Shown here: positions 39,285 through 49,722 of the stretch, in pieces
Position numbering within the stretch: the stretch's first letter is position 1
How the letters are laid out: each line of letters starts with the position of its first letter
Assembly: GCA_964409335.1 (NCBI GenBank)
Contig: CAYPCW010000007.1
Location: 646-64,645 of the forward strand
DNA length: 64,000 nt
Direction of reading: 5' to 3'
Origin: an uncultured bacterium
Lineage (GTDB): Bacteria; Fidelibacterota; Marinisomatia; SCGC-AAA003-L08; JACNLC01
Made by a program: the position numbers and the translations under genes
Notes under the pieces: generated by a model
Told to the model about the DNA's origin: nothing
Databases searched by the model: none
What the model saw: the letters and a program-made list of their open reading frames with translations, nothing else

Positions 39285-40186
39285 TTATGAGATTATTGAA
39301 CAATACGAATTTTGATTTTATCGGGAAACGGAAACTCGCCGCATCTTTATCTGTGATATTGATCCTTTGCGGAATCGTAGGCTCGATTTTTAATAAAGGA
39401 TTCACCCTGTCGATCGACTTTACCGGGGGAACCATTGTTCAGATACAATTCGCGGAAGAAATCACCACCGCTGAAGCGCGCCAGATCCTCAAGGATCATG
39501 GATTCGAAAATCTGGATATTACCACGATAAGTTCACCGGATTCCCACGATGATATACTTATCAAAACCCAACTCAGTGGAACCGATCTGAGAGACAAGCT
39601 GAATGCCGCATTTGGTGACCGGGAATTTGAAACCAGAAGAACTGAACAAGTCGGTCCGAAAATCGGCAATGAATTAAAAAATGATGCAATTCAATCCATC
39701 GCTGTAGCGTTAACCTTGATTCTAATCTATATCGGGTTTCGGTTTGACTTTTACTATGCCATCGGGAGTGTCGTCGCTCTGATGCATGACATCCTGATCA
39801 CTCTCGGCGTATTTGCAGTTCTCAAATTAGAAGTTGATATGGTAACCGTCGCCGCGTTTTTGACCATAGTAGGGTATTCGTTGAATGACACGATTGTTGT
39901 GTTCGACCGAATACGTGAGAATATCAAAGGGAGCGCCAGGGAAAAACTGGAAGATATTGTCAATCGATCCCTGAATAACACCCTGAGCCGAACATTGATC
40001 ACGTCGTTTACCACCATGCTTGTCATCGTGATCCTGTTCATCGGCGGATTGGAAACCATCAAAGATTTTGCATTTGCCATGATCATCGGAATCGTCGTCG
40101 GTACCTATTCTTCAATTTACATCGCCAGTCCGGTCATGATCCTGCTTGAGAATCGTGCAGGTCGTAAAATTGCAAAGAAAAAATGA
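39281..40186 (+). CDS. secF: protein translocase subunit SecF
   Basis: FDFIGKRK start region, SIDFTGGT, and 6 TM helices. A 4-bp overlap with secD. Confidence 0.95.
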   Translation: MIMRLLNNTNFDFIGKRKLAASLSVILILCGIVGSIFNKGFTLSIDFTGGTIVQIQFAEEITTAEARQILKDHGFENLDITTISSPDSHDDILIKTQLSGTDLRDKLNAAFGDREFETRRTEQVGPKIGNELKNDAIQSIAVALTLILIYIGFRFDFYYAIGSVVALMHDILITLGVFAVLKLEVDMVTVAAFLTIVGYSLNDTIVVFDRIRENIKGSAREKLEDIVNRSLNNTLSRTLITSFTTMLVIVILFIGGLETIKDFAFAMIIGIVVGTYSSIYIASPVMILLENRAGRKIAKKK

Positions 40187-40260
40187 ATCCTGATATCGTA
40201 TGGGATGGCTTATTACGACTTCCGTTCAACAATCAGTCAATTTCTGAAACTATAATCATT

Positions 40261-40290
40261 AAAAAAACTCCGATGACCCGGAGTTTTTTT
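40261..40290 (+). terminator. rho-independent terminator after secF
   Basis: AAAAAAACTCCG-atgacc-CGGAGTTTTTTT. Confidence 0.8.
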
Positions 40291-40319
40291 ATGCTTTTTA
40301 TTTAAATACAGGGAAAATC

Positions 40320-41588
40320 ATGGCAATTACATCCATCATTGGCGGTCAGTGGGGAGACGAAGGTAAAGGGAAAATCGTTGACCTCCTCAGCGACAACGTG
40401 GATATCGTCGCCAGATACCAGGGGGGGGCAAATGCAGGGCATACCGTGATTATCCGGGACCAAAAAATTGTACTGCACCAAATCCCATCCGGAATATTTC
40501 ACCCTGGTTGTCATTGCGTGATGGGCGGTGGAATGGTAGTGGATCCGGTAGAATTATGCACAGAGATCGAGATGTTGCAGATGAATGGAATTTCCACCAC
40601 CGGCAGATTACATCTCTCCCTTACGGCACATATCGTGACCCCCATTCAAAAAGCCATCGACAGGTCATCGGAAGAACGCTCTGATCAGAGAATCGGGACG
40701 ACCTGCAGAGGGATAGGTCCCACCTATGCAGATAAATTTTTACGACGGGGAATCCGGGCACATGACCTGCTGAATATGTCACTTTTGAAGGAAAAGACAG
40801 ACCTGCGGTTATCTCATGCAGTAGAATCCCTGGAACTAACCCGGGATGACATTGCGGTAATCCAATCGGAAATAGAGCAATTTTATTCCTGTGCCGAATC
40901 CTGTTCCGCACTGGTAAAAGATACCTTTACTTTTTTACATTCGGGCATCGGTACCGGAAAAAATATCATCATAGAGGGTGCGCAGGGATCTTTGCTGGAT
41001 ATTGATCACGGCACATACCCGTTTGTGACCTCATCCTCTCCTAATATAGGAGGAATCGCAAACGGTCTTGGTATCCCTCCCAGCATGATCGACCGGCGGA
41101 TCGGAGTATTTAAAGCCTATACTACCCGCGTTGGGAAGGGTCCGTTCCCCACCGAGCTACATGATGAAGTGGGTGCACGGCTGGGTAAAATCGGCAATGA
41201 ATTTGGCGCAACCACCGGCAGACCCCGCAGATGCGGGTGGTTCGATGCCGTCGCCGGTAAATACAGTTGTATGTTGAACGAATTCACAGATGTGGCGCTG
41301 ACCAAACTGGATATACTTGATCATTTTGAAGAGATTAAGGTCTGTATCGCTTACCAGGTGGATGGTGAAGAAACACGGGATTTCTCAAATGTGATCCACC
41401 GGCTGGAACAGGCAACGCCTGTTTATGAAACATTAACAGGCTGGAATCATTCCGTCAAACCCGCTGAACATCCGGATGATCTGTCAAACCGCGCAAACCA
41501 ATACATTCATTTCCTTGAAGAATTATTAAATACTCCGGTAAAATTTGTATCCACCGGACCGGAGCGTTCCCAAATTATCATCAGATAA
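40320..41588 (+). CDS. purA: adenylosuccinate synthetase
   Basis: GGQWGDEGKGKIVD P-loop and GTTCRGIGP. Confidence 0.97.
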   Translation: MAITSIIGGQWGDEGKGKIVDLLSDNVDIVARYQGGANAGHTVIIRDQKIVLHQIPSGIFHPGCHCVMGGGMVVDPVELCTEIEMLQMNGISTTGRLHLSLTAHIVTPIQKAIDRSSEERSDQRIGTTCRGIGPTYADKFLRRGIRAHDLLNMSLLKEKTDLRLSHAVESLELTRDDIAVIQSEIEQFYSCAESCSALVKDTFTFLHSGIGTGKNIIIEGAQGSLLDIDHGTYPFVTSSSPNIGGIANGLGIPPSMIDRRIGVFKAYTTRVGKGPFPTELHDEVGARLGKIGNEFGATTGRPRRCGWFDAVAGKYSCMLNEFTDVALTKLDILDHFEEIKVCIAYQVDGEETRDFSNVIHRLEQATPVYETLTGWNHSVKPAEHPDDLSNRANQYIHFLEELLNTPVKFVSTGPERSQIIIR

Positions 41589-41599
41589 AGGAGTACATC

Positions 41600-42109
41600 A
41601 TGATTCAATATTCGTTCCTGGAAACGCCATTGGGCAGGATCATTCTGGCTTCAGTTCCGGAAGGCGTTTGTTATATCGGTTTACCCGGATCAGCCGTTGA
41701 GGATGTAAAATCCTGGTGCCGGAAACACATTCGGGAAGAAGAATTTATCCTGTCAAATACATGGAACCGAACTGCAGAAAAACAAATTTTAGAGTACATT
41801 ACAGGGAAACGGCAGCAATTTACGTTTCCGGTGTTTCACCTCAATACGGAATTTCGTAAAACCGTACTCGAAGCCGTGGCTCAAATCCCCTTTGGTAAAA
41901 CAGCATCCTATGGTGATATCGCGAAAAAAATAAGAAAACCACTTGCATCCCGGGCTGTCGGTTCGGCGAATGCCTCGAATCCGCTTCCACTGGTCTATCC
42001 GTGCCACCGGGTCATACAGGGTGATGGAAAAATAGGCGGATACGGGGGTTCTCCCGAAATGAAAAAGGCATTGCTCGATATGGAAAAAAATTACAAATTA
42101 TCCGAATAA
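41600..42109 (+). CDS. ogt: methylated-DNA--protein-cysteine methyltransferase
   Basis: Active-site PCHRV preceded by SYGDIAKKI and RAVGSANASNP. Confidence 0.9.
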   Translation: MIQYSFLETPLGRIILASVPEGVCYIGLPGSAVEDVKSWCRKHIREEEFILSNTWNRTAEKQILEYITGKRQQFTFPVFHLNTEFRKTVLEAVAQIPFGKTASYGDIAKKIRKPLASRAVGSANASNPLPLVYPCHRVIQGDGKIGGYGGSPEMKKALLDMEKNYKLSE

Positions 42110-42217
42110 TTGAAATTCCGGTTCCCTGAATCACCTGATTTAATTTTTTCTGATCGTGATGCGGGACAGGTGACATTTATTAAATCAAATTCTTGCTATA
42201 CATGGAGGTCTGCACTC

Positions 42218-44878
42218 ATGAAAATTTTTATAACGGTGGTTCTGACGATTCTACTCATTTCAGGGCTATTCCCCCAGATACACCATCAGAAATCCATGGA
42301 AGAACCCGGCGATTCATTGGAAAAAAAACCGATGATCGCAGAAGAAAAGCCCGGTAAGCCCGATAAAAAAGACCTGCCGGCATTCGTGGAATTGATCAAA
42401 GGATATGATGTTATTCCCGGATTATTTGATCTGTATTGGAACCCGGATAAAAATTTAGCCTACTTATCGGTAGATCCCGACCAATACGGCACCATTTATT
42501 TATGCAATATCACCCGGCAATCAGGAGATGCATCTTCCTTTGACAGCGGGGCGATGCTCAGTGGATTTCCTTTCATGCTCAACAAACTGGGAACAAAAAT
42601 TCAACTGATTGAAATAAATACGCGGTACCGGGCGGATGAAGATACTCCCATGGCGCGGGCGATCGCACAGGACCTCCCCAATTCCATCATTCTGAATGCT
42701 AACATCGCCAGCGACCCGGATTCGATCTCGGGAAAAATCCTCCTGGATCTAAAAGAATTTTTCCTCAATGATCGTTTGACAATGGTGAGCTACATTACCG
42801 GCGAATGGAAAAAAAAATACAATTTCGATAAGGATAACAGTCAATTTGAATCTCTGAAATCTTTTCCTGAAAACACAGAAATCGGAGTGGCGCTTCACTT
42901 CATCTCAGACAAACCGCACGGCAGCATCACGCTTGCGGACTCCCGCAGTATGCTTCACCGGTATCATTTCAGTTTATCAGCGATCCCGGAGTCGGATTAC
43001 CAGCCTCGAATCGCCGATGATCGTGTCGGGCATTTCCTCACTTATTTTCAGGATTATTCATCGGTTGAGACCGATCAGCCCTATACCCACTATATTAATC
43101 GGTGGAACCTGGTGAAGATAGACCCTTCTGCCGGAGTATCGGAGCCGGTACAGCCCATTGTATACTGGATCGAAAATACCACACCGGAGAAATACCGGGC
43201 AGCCATCGCCAAAGGTATCCTCATGTGGAACGAAGCGTTCGAGCGCATCGGATTCAGGAACGCCATCGAAGCCAGGGTCATGCCGGACGACGCCGATTGG
43301 GACCCGGCAGATGTGCGATATCATACCGTCAGGTGGATTGTCCAGCCCGGCGGAGGATATGCGGTCGGACCTTCACGGGCAAATCCCTTCTCTGGTGAAC
43401 TGTACGATGCGGATGTGAGGATCAGTTCCGATTTTGTCCGGCATTTTTACCGGGAATTTGAAGAATTTATTACCCCCCTGTCTCTGATTAATTTACTGGA
43501 TGGGGAAAATGAATCCAACCCCGAATTGGCTGAAGCCGGTCTGTGCAGCTACGCTGAAGAAAAACACCGTCAAATGGCGTTCAGCGCAAACTATCTTCTC
43601 ACCACCGGACAGTTCACAGAGCAGGACCTGAACAAATTTGTATCAGAAGGATTGACTGATCTGGTAGTTCACGAAGTCGGCCATACATTGGGTTTACGAC
43701 ATAACTTCAGAGCCAGCCACATTTACTCCCTTGAAAGAATCCGGGATAAAGAATTTACTAACGATTTTGGCATATCAGGTTCTGTTATGGACTACCATCC
43801 CATCAACTTATCGCCGGAGGGTGAACCACAGGGGACTTACTATCATACTACGCTGGGATTCTACGATTATTGGGCAATTGAATATGCATACCGGTCTTTC
43901 GATTCCACGACATTTGAATCGGAGGATCAGATGCTGGATGCCATTGCCAGCCGGGTCGCAGAACCTCTGCTGGCTTATTGCACAGATGAAGAAGCCAGGG
44001 GGTATTCCATCCGTGGAATGGACCCCAGTTGCAGTTTATATGATATGACCAGCGATCCTCTTGAGTATTATCAGATCCGGGTGGATATGGTGAAAAAATT
44101 GTGGAGTATCCTGCCGGACACCTTCGAAAAGGATCAAGAAAAGTATTCTAAAATACGTGCGGTCTTCAGTCAGGGAATCGGAGAGTACACCAACATGAGC
44201 CGAAATGTTCCTAAGTATATTGGTGGGATCTATGCCTACCGGGATCATGTGGGTGACCCCGGCGACCGGCTTCCCTTTCATGTGGTTCCTGCTGCGGAAC
44301 AGAGACAGGCGCTATATTTTCTTATCCAAAATCTGTTCGAACGGGACGCATTCCATTTTTCACCTGACCTGTTAAATAAATTGGCGCCGTCCTATTATCC
44401 TGATTTTCAGGGTACGATCTGGAACCGGAGCCGGTGGGATTATCCGATTCACGATGTGGTGTCCGGACTTCAGACAAACGCAATCACCAGAATTTATTCT
44501 GAAAGTGTGCTGAACCGGGTTCAGGATAATGAAGTAAAATTCCCCGAAGGAGACGAGCCCTTCACAATGGATGAGTTGTTCCAAACGACAACCCGCGCCA
44601 TTTGGTCAGAATTGGATCAGCGAAAAAATATAAACAGCTACCGTCGCCGGCTGCAGCAGATCCATCTGCAGATACTAATCGACATCCTTTTGCACAAAGA
44701 GAAAGACTATCCCCGGGATGCAGTTTCTCTGGCGCGAGCGGATTTGGATACGATTTACAAACAGGTTAAAAGGTTAAAAACTCACCCTGCATTGGACACC
44801 TATTCTAAAGCCCATCTCGTCGAAACAGAGGCTAAAATTGAAGCCGCCTTTGCCGCAAACGTTGAACGGGATATGTAA
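42218..44878 (+). CDS. secreted zinc metalloprotease (DUF5117/DUF4953-type)
   Basis: HEVGHTLGLRHNF zincin motif followed by GSVMDY. Start chosen at ATG 42218 (MKIFITVVLTILLISG signal peptide, GGAGG 10 nt upstream). The track ORF begins at TTG 42110. Confidence 0.85.
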   Translation: MKIFITVVLTILLISGLFPQIHHQKSMEEPGDSLEKKPMIAEEKPGKPDKKDLPAFVELIKGYDVIPGLFDLYWNPDKNLAYLSVDPDQYGTIYLCNITRQSGDASSFDSGAMLSGFPFMLNKLGTKIQLIEINTRYRADEDTPMARAIAQDLPNSIILNANIASDPDSISGKILLDLKEFFLNDRLTMVSYITGEWKKKYNFDKDNSQFESLKSFPENTEIGVALHFISDKPHGSITLADSRSMLHRYHFSLSAIPESDYQPRIADDRVGHFLTYFQDYSSVETDQPYTHYINRWNLVKIDPSAGVSEPVQPIVYWIENTTPEKYRAAIAKGILMWNEAFERIGFRNAIEARVMPDDADWDPADVRYHTVRWIVQPGGGYAVGPSRANPFSGELYDADVRISSDFVRHFYREFEEFITPLSLINLLDGENESNPELAEAGLCSYAEEKHRQMAFSANYLLTTGQFTEQDLNKFVSEGLTDLVVHEVGHTLGLRHNFRASHIYSLERIRDKEFTNDFGISGSVMDYHPINLSPEGEPQGTYYHTTLGFYDYWAIEYAYRSFDSTTFESEDQMLDAIASRVAEPLLAYCTDEEARGYSIRGMDPSCSLYDMTSDPLEYYQIRVDMVKKLWSILPDTFEKDQEKYSKIRAVFSQGIGEYTNMSRNVPKYIGGIYAYRDHVGDPGDRLPFHVVPAAEQRQALYFLIQNLFERDAFHFSPDLLNKLAPSYYPDFQGTIWNRSRWDYPIHDVVSGLQTNAITRIYSESVLNRVQDNEVKFPEGDEPFTMDELFQTTTRAIWSELDQRKNINSYRRRLQQIHLQILIDILLHKEKDYPRDAVSLARADLDTIYKQVKRLKTHPALDTYSKAHLVETEAKIEAAFAANVERDM

Positions 44879-45001
44879 GACGAAAAAATTGCCCCTAAAC
44901 AGACCATCATTTAAAATGTACAGCGACCGGATGGATTTACCCAACTTCCGGCGAGGGGTTTACTTTTAGGTCATGATGACCGAATCATTTCCGGAGAATC
45001 T

Positions 45002-45775
45002 GTGACCAAATTTGCAATGAAAGAGTATAAAAACACGATCTACCATGATGCGCAGCGTTATGATGATGAGCATTGGTGGAAAACAGATGATATCCCTTTT
45101 TGGAAAAAAATATTCTCGGAATCATCCGGGAACAAGGTTCTCGAACTGGCTGCAGGTACCGGCAGACTGGCAGTTCCCCTCATCAGGTGCAGCGCAGACT
45201 ATACCGGTATCGAAATATCTCCTGAATTTGTATCCCATGCAAATAAAAAACTTCGGCTGGAAAGCGGAACCGGAAAAATTATTCTCGGAGATATTCGATC
45301 CTTTAACCGACGGGAAAAATTCGATCTGATCTTTATCGGATTTAATTCCTTCCTGCATCTTCTCACGGATAAAGATGCCGGCGCATGTCTCAAATGCGTT
45401 GTTGCCCACATGCATGCTAAAAGCCGGTTCATTATCGACATTTTTTATCCCAACCCATTATTTTTATACCGACCGGAAAATATGCGATATCCAACTATGG
45501 AATATCGGGACTCCCAAACCCGTGAAAAGATCTGGGTTGAAGAAACCAATGATTATGATGCACACACCGGTATTAATAAAATCCGGTGGTTTTATTCCAG
45601 CGAGAAAAATAAGGACTCTCGTATTTATGATTTCACCATGCGCATGTACTGGCCGGACACCATGAACCGGCTACTCATTGATGCCGGACTTTCCATCGAA
45701 CATGTGTGGGGAACCTACCGGAGGACAAAGTTCACGGAAAAGAGTAATTTGCAGATCTATGTGGCGGGAATATAA
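45002..45775 (+). CDS. class I SAM-dependent methyltransferase
   Basis: SAM motif VLELAAGTGRLAVPL. 257 aa. Confidence 0.8.
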   Translation: MTKFAMKEYKNTIYHDAQRYDDEHWWKTDDIPFWKKIFSESSGNKVLELAAGTGRLAVPLIRCSADYTGIEISPEFVSHANKKLRLESGTGKIILGDIRSFNRREKFDLIFIGFNSFLHLLTDKDAGACLKCVVAHMHAKSRFIIDIFYPNPLFLYRPENMRYPTMEYRDSQTREKIWVEETNDYDAHTGINKIRWFYSSEKNKDSRIYDFTMRMYWPDTMNRLLIDAGLSIEHVWGTYRRTKFTEKSNLQIYVAGI

Positions 45776-45901
45776 TTTTCCCGGCCTTTACTTTTTGATA
45801 TACTTCCAGTTTTGGGACTTCCCTTCAGAAATCCACTCAATGGAGGTGGCAATTCTTTTCCCGCGGGTGGGAGCCGTTTTAGCCTCATTGATCCACATCA
45901 C

Positions 45902-46402
45902 CTATTCTTTTCGCTTACCAGGCGTGAACTGTTTGAAAACGGAATGAGCTTGTGTATTTTCCCGAAGCGCCTGAGCAAAATCATCGGGTATCGTCACCTC
46001 GGAATTGGTTCTGCTTTTTGGGGATGCGGGTATCCTTATCTCGTGATCATTGAGCCGGACCGCTTCTTTAATCAGCCCGGCTAGTATAGCGTCATCCGGC
46101 AGATCATTCAGCGAGGTAATCCGTCCAAATTGTCCCGTAGCGGAATCCTGCACCTTGTCCGAAATATTTTTAACGCCCTGAATGAGTGATCCCTTCCAAA
46201 AGGTAAAGGCGCAATGCTGCCTGAAAGATACCATGCTGCACATCATTCCCTTATAGTCAAAATGGGGAAAAACCCACTTGATCTTTTCCTCAACCTCCGG
46301 ACATACCTGATGGACAACCTCCCGGATATGCATCAGAATGGGTTTGGCAAATTCCTCTGCACCTTCGATGTAGTCGTCTATCTGATTATTTCTCTTTCCC
46401 AT
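45902..46402 (-). CDS. DUF1801 + YdeI/OmpD-associated family protein, truncated by an in-frame TAG (homology continues in frame to 45788)
   Basis: The N-terminus IDDYIEGAEEFAKPILMHIREVV...KWVFPHFDYKG is the DUF1801 pattern. The C-terminus IPDDFAQALRENTQAHSVFKQFTPGKRKE-TAG-VMWINEAKTAPTRGKRIATSIEWISEGK is the YdeI pattern, with the stop where a conserved Tyr is expected. Confidence 0.8.
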   Translation of the reverse strand: MGKRNNQIDDYIEGAEEFAKPILMHIREVVHQVCPEVEEKIKWVFPHFDYKGMMCSMVSFRQHCAFTFWKGSLIQGVKNISDKVQDSATGQFGRITSLNDLPDDAILAGLIKEAVRLNDHEIRIPASPKSRTNSEVTIPDDFAQALRENTQAHSVFKQFTPGKRKE

Positions 46403-46617
46403 TTTCCCTCCTTATTTGTGATGAACAGCCCCATCCGCAATAAATGACGGATCGAATCATCCTCCGGGATGAGGTTAGATTGAATCATTTATATTATATG
46501 GTAAAATACTATTGTAACCAAATAATTGATCCGGTGATTAAATTTACGGTATATAAAATGTATCCTCAATCAGAAATTTGGTGATCATTGTCACGATCCA
46601 CACAATAAACCATAACG

Positions 46618-46974
46618 TTACAATCCAAATATTTTACTTCTGAAGAGGAAGAATACCGCACCTATCAGGCAAAGTCCCGCCCAAAGAAAATCGAGGGATA
46701 TTTTTTCCTTGATATAAAAAACGGAAAATGGCATAAAAATCAGCAATGTGATCACTTCCTGTAATATTTTGAGCTGGCCTACTGTCATAACCTGGTGTCC
46801 GATCCGGTTGGCAGGTACCTGAAGAAGGTATTCAAAAAGGGCGATTCCCCAACTGACAAATGCGGCGAGAATCCATGGTTTATGAGATAAATTCCGTAAG
46901 TGACCATACCAGGCAAAGGTCATAAAAACGTTACTGCTGCATAAAAGCAGAATAGTGACTATGTACCGGTTCAT
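46618..46974 (-). CDS. small DMT-superfamily membrane protein (DUF486)
   Basis: MNRYIVTILLLCSSNVFMTFAWYGHLR... with 4 TM helices. The track ORF extends to 47007. Confidence 0.8.
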   Translation of the reverse strand: MNRYIVTILLLCSSNVFMTFAWYGHLRNLSHKPWILAAFVSWGIALFEYLLQVPANRIGHQVMTVGQLKILQEVITLLIFMPFSVFYIKEKISLDFLWAGLCLIGAVFFLFRSKIFGL

Positions 46975-47203
46975 GCCGGCCCTCTGCATGACCAGAAAAA
47001 AATACAATATTTCATTTTATACCCTCTCTTTTATGATCTCATTTTGGAATGTTACCCTGCCCTGGACAATTGGTTTGAGTGATATTTTTAACCATTTTAC
47101 GTGCGCTGTTTTTAGTCATACCTCACGGATAGAAGCTTGAAAATCCATTGTTGGTCACGCTTCTGTTCCCGGGACAGTAATTTCAAAAAACGCCATCTCG
47201 CCC

Positions 47204-47231
47204 TCCTGATCCGGCAATTGCCGGATCAGGA
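47204..47231 (-). terminator. 28-bp perfect palindrome (12-bp stem, AATT loop) at the end of the long minus-strand operon
   Basis: TCCTGATCCGGCAATTGCCGGATCAGGA. It contains the TGA stop of the deaminase gene. There is no immediately adjacent U run on the minus strand, so it may be a stabiliser hairpin or a protein site rather than a classical terminator. Confidence 0.5.
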
Positions 47232-48476
47232 CCCAAGAAACAGTTTCGCGGATTCCCGTGCCCGGGTGATGATCTCTTCTTCATCTGCCACCTTTCGGTT
47301 AATCATAAGAATCCGGCCATTGCAAATGGTGGTATCCACGACGCTTGAATTTGCGGAATACACCATATTCGAAATGAGATGATGGCATGGCGTCATTTCG
47401 GGCAAATCCAAATTGACTAAAATAAGATCTGCCAGCATCCCCGCCTTCACTTCTCCGCCCGGCAGACCAAAACAACGGTATCCGTTCATTGTGGCCATTT
47501 GAAAGCATTCTGCTGCGGACAAAATCCCGGGCGTACCGTGATGTTTTTGCAGGAGCGCTCCCACCTTCATGGTATCGAACATGCTCAGATTATTATTGGT
47601 ACCCGCTCCGTCCGTTCCGAAGCAGATATTCACCCCGGCATCCCGGAATTTATGATACGGGAAATCCCGGTTTGTACTCAACTTCATATTGGATATGGGA
47701 TTGTGGGCAATATTCACGCCCGCAGCGGCAAGGAGTTTAATATCCTCGTCGCTTACCCAGCAGCAATGTGCCGCCACTAACCGGGGACTCAACAACCCTA
47801 ACCGGTGCAGATATTCCACAGGGCTGACGGCGTGTTGGCGGTGACAATCCCGAACTTCCTGCTCCGTTTCACTGAGATGGATGTGGATCATTAAGCCTTG
47901 TTTTTCAGAAAATTCCCTGATCCAAATCAAGGACGATTCAGACACCGTATAAATGGCGTGGGGTCCCAATCCAACATGGATCAACTCATTTCCCGATAGT
48001 TCATTCGCTAAATCCCGGCTTAATTTCTGCTGATCCCGGGCTTTATCCGGATCGTTCATGTCAATAAAGACACCGGTGATCTGTGCTCTCATCCCCATGG
48101 CATTTACCGCTTTTGCCACACCCCGCGGGTACCAGTACATATCGTTGAAAAATGTGGTTCCCGACTTGATCATTTCCAGGCAGGCCAGACGGGCGCCATC
48201 ATAAACCCATCTTTCATTCAGGCGGATTTCATTTGGCCAAATGATGGTTTCCAGCCATTCCATGAGGGGCATATCGTCGCCGTATCCTCTGAAATGGGTC
48301 ATCGCGGAATGGGTGTGTGCATTAATGAAGGAAGGCAGAATGGCTTTTCGAGACCCATCGATCGTCTGATCTGCGGTCAATGGTAGATTTTTACCAATCT
48401 GCCGGATCGTATTTCCTTCGATCCAAACATCTGTTGATTCGGTGTTCAGCAAAACATTCTTTATCAGAACAGACAT
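47226..48476 (-). CDS. amidohydrolase-superfamily nucleoside deaminase (MtaD / 5'-deoxyadenosine deaminase-like)
   Basis: FINAHTHSAMT metal-binding start, HLSET and FGTDG motifs. 416 aa. Confidence 0.8.
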   Translation of the reverse strand: MSVLIKNVLLNTESTDVWIEGNTIRQIGKNLPLTADQTIDGSRKAILPSFINAHTHSAMTHFRGYGDDMPLMEWLETIIWPNEIRLNERWVYDGARLACLEMIKSGTTFFNDMYWYPRGVAKAVNAMGMRAQITGVFIDMNDPDKARDQQKLSRDLANELSGNELIHVGLGPHAIYTVSESSLIWIREFSEKQGLMIHIHLSETEQEVRDCHRQHAVSPVEYLHRLGLLSPRLVAAHCCWVSDEDIKLLAAAGVNIAHNPISNMKLSTNRDFPYHKFRDAGVNICFGTDGAGTNNNLSMFDTMKVGALLQKHHGTPGILSAAECFQMATMNGYRCFGLPGGEVKAGMLADLILVNLDLPEMTPCHHLISNMVYSANSSVVDTTICNGRILMINRKVADEEEIITRARESAKLFLGS

Positions 48477-48515
48477 TTTACGCCCGGAAGATTGAATGAT
48501 CTCCGAAAGGAAACC

Positions 48516-49700
48516 TCATGATATCACGGGCACCCCTAACCGGTCCCGTGCGATCTGCACGAATACGGAGGCGCCGACAAGTAGCGCCTGTTCATTGATA
48601 TTGAAGTGTGAACAGTGGTGCGGAACAGCCATGAGATTCTGATCATCCGGTGCGGATCCGATAAAAAAGAAACAGGCAGGGACTTTTTGGGCATAGAATG
48701 CGAAATCCTCGCCACCCATCGACATAAAGGGAAATCCCACCCCCTCTTCTGCGATCTTTCTTGCAGATTTAAATACCCGATCAGTCACAACTTCGTCGTT
48801 GATGGTTGCCGGATATCCATCCTGATAATCCAGATTGATGGTCACGCCGAATGTAAGCTCAATCCCCCGGATGATCTCCTGCATTCGACTTTTGATCATG
48901 AGCCGGTTGGACTCCTGATAGGCGCGAGTCGTCCCGGATAGTTTCACTTCGTCGGCGATGATATTAAAATTGTGCCCTCCCCGAATGGTGCCCACCGTTA
49001 CCACCGTGCTCTCCAGCGGATTGGTATTCCGGCTGACGATGGTTTGAAGCGCGGTAATAAGGTGAGATGCGGCAATAATGGCGTCCTGTGTTCCCTGGGG
49101 TGCGGCGCCATGACCTCCCTTGCCGTGAATGGACAGATTAAAAATATCTGCCGAAGCCAGAACGGGTCCGGGTTTCACACCGATCGTACCAAATTTCTGA
49201 TAATTCCAAAGATGCAGACCATAGATCTCATCCACGTCATCTAACACGCCATCCGCGATCATGTATCTGGCGCCGCCTTCCCCTTCTTCAGCGGGTTGAA
49301 ATACGAAACGAATGGTCCCGGCGAGTGATTCACTTTGTGAGGACAAAATTTCAGCAGCACCCAGCAGCAGCGCCACATGACCGTCATGCCCGCAGGCATG
49401 CATGACCCCGTCCGTCTGTGATTTAAAGGGAAAATCCCCGGTTTCCTGCATCGGAAGCGCATCCATATCCGCCCTCATGATAATCATGGGACCTTTTTTT
49501 GCCCCTTTCAGTGTTCCCACGACACCCGTCTTACCCACCCCGGTTTCTACTTCAATCCCCATTGTACTCAACCGTTTTGACACCAGTGCAGAGGTCCTGA
49601 ACTCCTGAAATCCCAATTCCGGATGCTGGTGAATATCACGACGCGTCCGGATGATATGATGGCTGATGTCTTGTATTTCGGGTAAAATGTTGATGCTCAT
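48516..49700 (-). CDS. M20/M20D family amidohydrolase (N-acyl-amino-acid/hippurate hydrolase-like)
   Basis: RRDIHQHPELGFQE, MHACGHDGH and FQPAEEG motifs. Confidence 0.88.
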   Translation of the reverse strand: MSINILPEIQDISHHIIRTRRDIHQHPELGFQEFRTSALVSKRLSTMGIEVETGVGKTGVVGTLKGAKKGPMIIMRADMDALPMQETGDFPFKSQTDGVMHACGHDGHVALLLGAAEILSSQSESLAGTIRFVFQPAEEGEGGARYMIADGVLDDVDEIYGLHLWNYQKFGTIGVKPGPVLASADIFNLSIHGKGGHGAAPQGTQDAIIAASHLITALQTIVSRNTNPLESTVVTVGTIRGGHNFNIIADEVKLSGTTRAYQESNRLMIKSRMQEIIRGIELTFGVTINLDYQDGYPATINDEVVTDRVFKSARKIAEEGVGFPFMSMGGEDFAFYAQKVPACFFFIGSAPDDQNLMAVPHHCSHFNINEQALLVGASVFVQIARDRLGVPVIS

Positions 49701-49722
49701 GGTTATATTCCTTCTATGGCAA

